Shown here: positions 62,186 to 64,000 of the stretch, piece after piece
Layout: the number at the start of each line of letters is the position of its first letter
Numbering within the stretch: the first letter of the stretch is position 1
NCBI RefSeq assembly: GCF_006345805.1
Contig: NC_042997.1
Span: 123,690,001-123,754,000 of the forward strand
Direction: 5' to 3'
Source of the DNA: Octopus sinensis
Lineage: Eukaryota
Length of the DNA: 64,000 nt
Notes under the pieces: generated by a model
The model's database searches: none
What the model was told of the DNA's origin: nothing
The model's input: the letters and a program-made list of their open reading frames with translations, nothing else
Position numbers and translations under genes: made by a program

Positions 62186-63039
62186 GACGAAGGGGAAGGA
62201 GACAAAGCGAGAGAAGACATCTATGAAGTATTCGATGATGAGATGACTATAGTATGACAGAGAAATGGAAGGTATTTAGAGAAAGATATAGGAGGTTATT
62301 TATAGAGAAGTAGAACGGTGTCTGGAGAGGTGAATATGAATAGAAAATTCATGTGTGAAGATATGAAAATGTTATCTATAAACTTGAATCCCACTCAATA
62401 GAACATTAGTCATTTTAAAAGAGTATGTATACAAGGAATCGACATTTATGTGTTACATGTGATGTTTGATGCGAGTCTATATCTTTAACTTTGGAATTGT
62501 TGATTCTCAGAACAGATTCTCAATCGATTTTTACAAAAGCATTATCTTTGAAAGCTTATATTCTATGCTTGACAGACGGTTGCAAAGATTATCCATTCTC
62601 TATTGACCGACTGAAGTGAGTGCTGTGTGAATATGGAATAAACAATATAGTGATATTACAATATAATAAGTAGATCGTAGCACTGGCTCCTTTCTAAATT
62701 TCTTATAGATGTGATTATCAATTTTAAGAAAGAATCATATTATTAGCCTCTCTATTCGAGAGCGATGATTATAGTGAGAATGGGAAGGGAACCTACAAAT
62801 TTATATTGTCGGAATATATCGAATATTTGAAGCGTTTAGGCGACTGATAGTATGAGACTGAATGCGATGCCAATCCGTCGCCGCTTAAATTATCACCTTT
62901 CCCTGGTGAACATTTTCAGGTGAGTGATTTGGAGCAATTTGAAATGAAGTCCATTGCTTAAGAACAGATTGCGTCACTTGGTCCGAGAAGGGAATTCTAT
63001 ACGCACATATCTACCTACATAAATACATGCATACATATA

Positions 63040-63119
<80 letters not shown>
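63040..63119. repeat. (TA)n microsatellite
   Basis: Direct inspection. Confidence 0.95.
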
Positions 63120-63121
<2 letters not shown>

Positions 63122-63322
63122 AGAGTAAGTACATTAATGCGAAACAAGGGGGAAGAAAATAGTCCTCGAATACCGGAGGTAGACGAATATGCTTTATTAA
63201 TAAAGCGGCAAAGGCATCACAAAAAATATTATCAGAGATTCACGTTCGTTGGACAATTTTGGTTTTTCTTAACCAAAACTGTCCGACGACCGGGAATGTG
63301 AAACTCTGAGTAACAGTTTTTG

Positions 63323-63508
<186 letters not shown>

Positions 63509-64000
63509 TAATGTCATTCTAATACTTGCATTTATAATTTATTTAATAGTCCTTAAATTAGAACCATAAGCTATAAGGTGCTTTGCGCAAATCATTATTT
63601 ATTGTGGCTGTTTAATAGTAAATGTTTTTGCTCACCTATGGAAGAAGGCCGTTACTAGTATTGCGTATCTGATGCGATCCAAAGCTAACAATACCGTTTT
63701 GGGATAATAAACTATTATGTATGGAAGTATTTCGATGGATGACTGAAACCCTTAACGCCTCGTAGTTGTACGAGGAAAGTATATTACATTGAACATAATA
63801 TTCGTTTACGCTGAATATTTTTCAGTTAATGCTTTCGACTTTCAATAGAAAGATCACGAATTCCAATTTTTAATGTCTCATTCTGATGATAACACCATTC
63901 ACCATAAAAAAAATTATGTAACACATAGAAATATTCTATATAAGTTTCCATTGTATCTCATTAAATAACAGAAAATTTTAAAATTCAAAACGTGGAAATT

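Overview
AT-rich, repeat-saturated eukaryotic DNA with no host protein-coding gene, rRNA, tRNA or CRISPR array that I can support. The SINE families look to me like those of octopus (coleoid cephalopod) genomes; this is recall, not a database result. The window is a mosaic of microsatellites, three tRNA-derived SINE families, decayed Tc1/mariner/maT transposons, RTE, CR1-like and R4/Dong-type LINE fragments, and several Penelope-like element (PLE) remnants. The stand-out is 51491-55947. Here three copies of a structured repeat, each holding a type I hammerhead ribozyme fold with the compensatory U3-A8 core (UUGAUAA instead of CUGANGA), alternate with two divergent ORFs. The ORFs encode an L1/Tx1-ORF1-like protein (RRM-like region, CCHC knuckle, unrecognised C-terminal domain), show strong synonymous bias, and have no RT/endonuclease ORF2. 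This reads as a candidate protein-coding retrozyme or Terminon-like system whose ribozyme-to-ribozyme monomers would be 2098 and 1857 nt. Seven further hammerhead-like motifs occur in unrelated repeats, including a 568-bp tandem/inverted array at 22.2-24.5 kb and a 395-bp TIR element at 33.6-34.0 kb. All alignments and folds were done by eye; no ribozyme activity or novelty has been verified.
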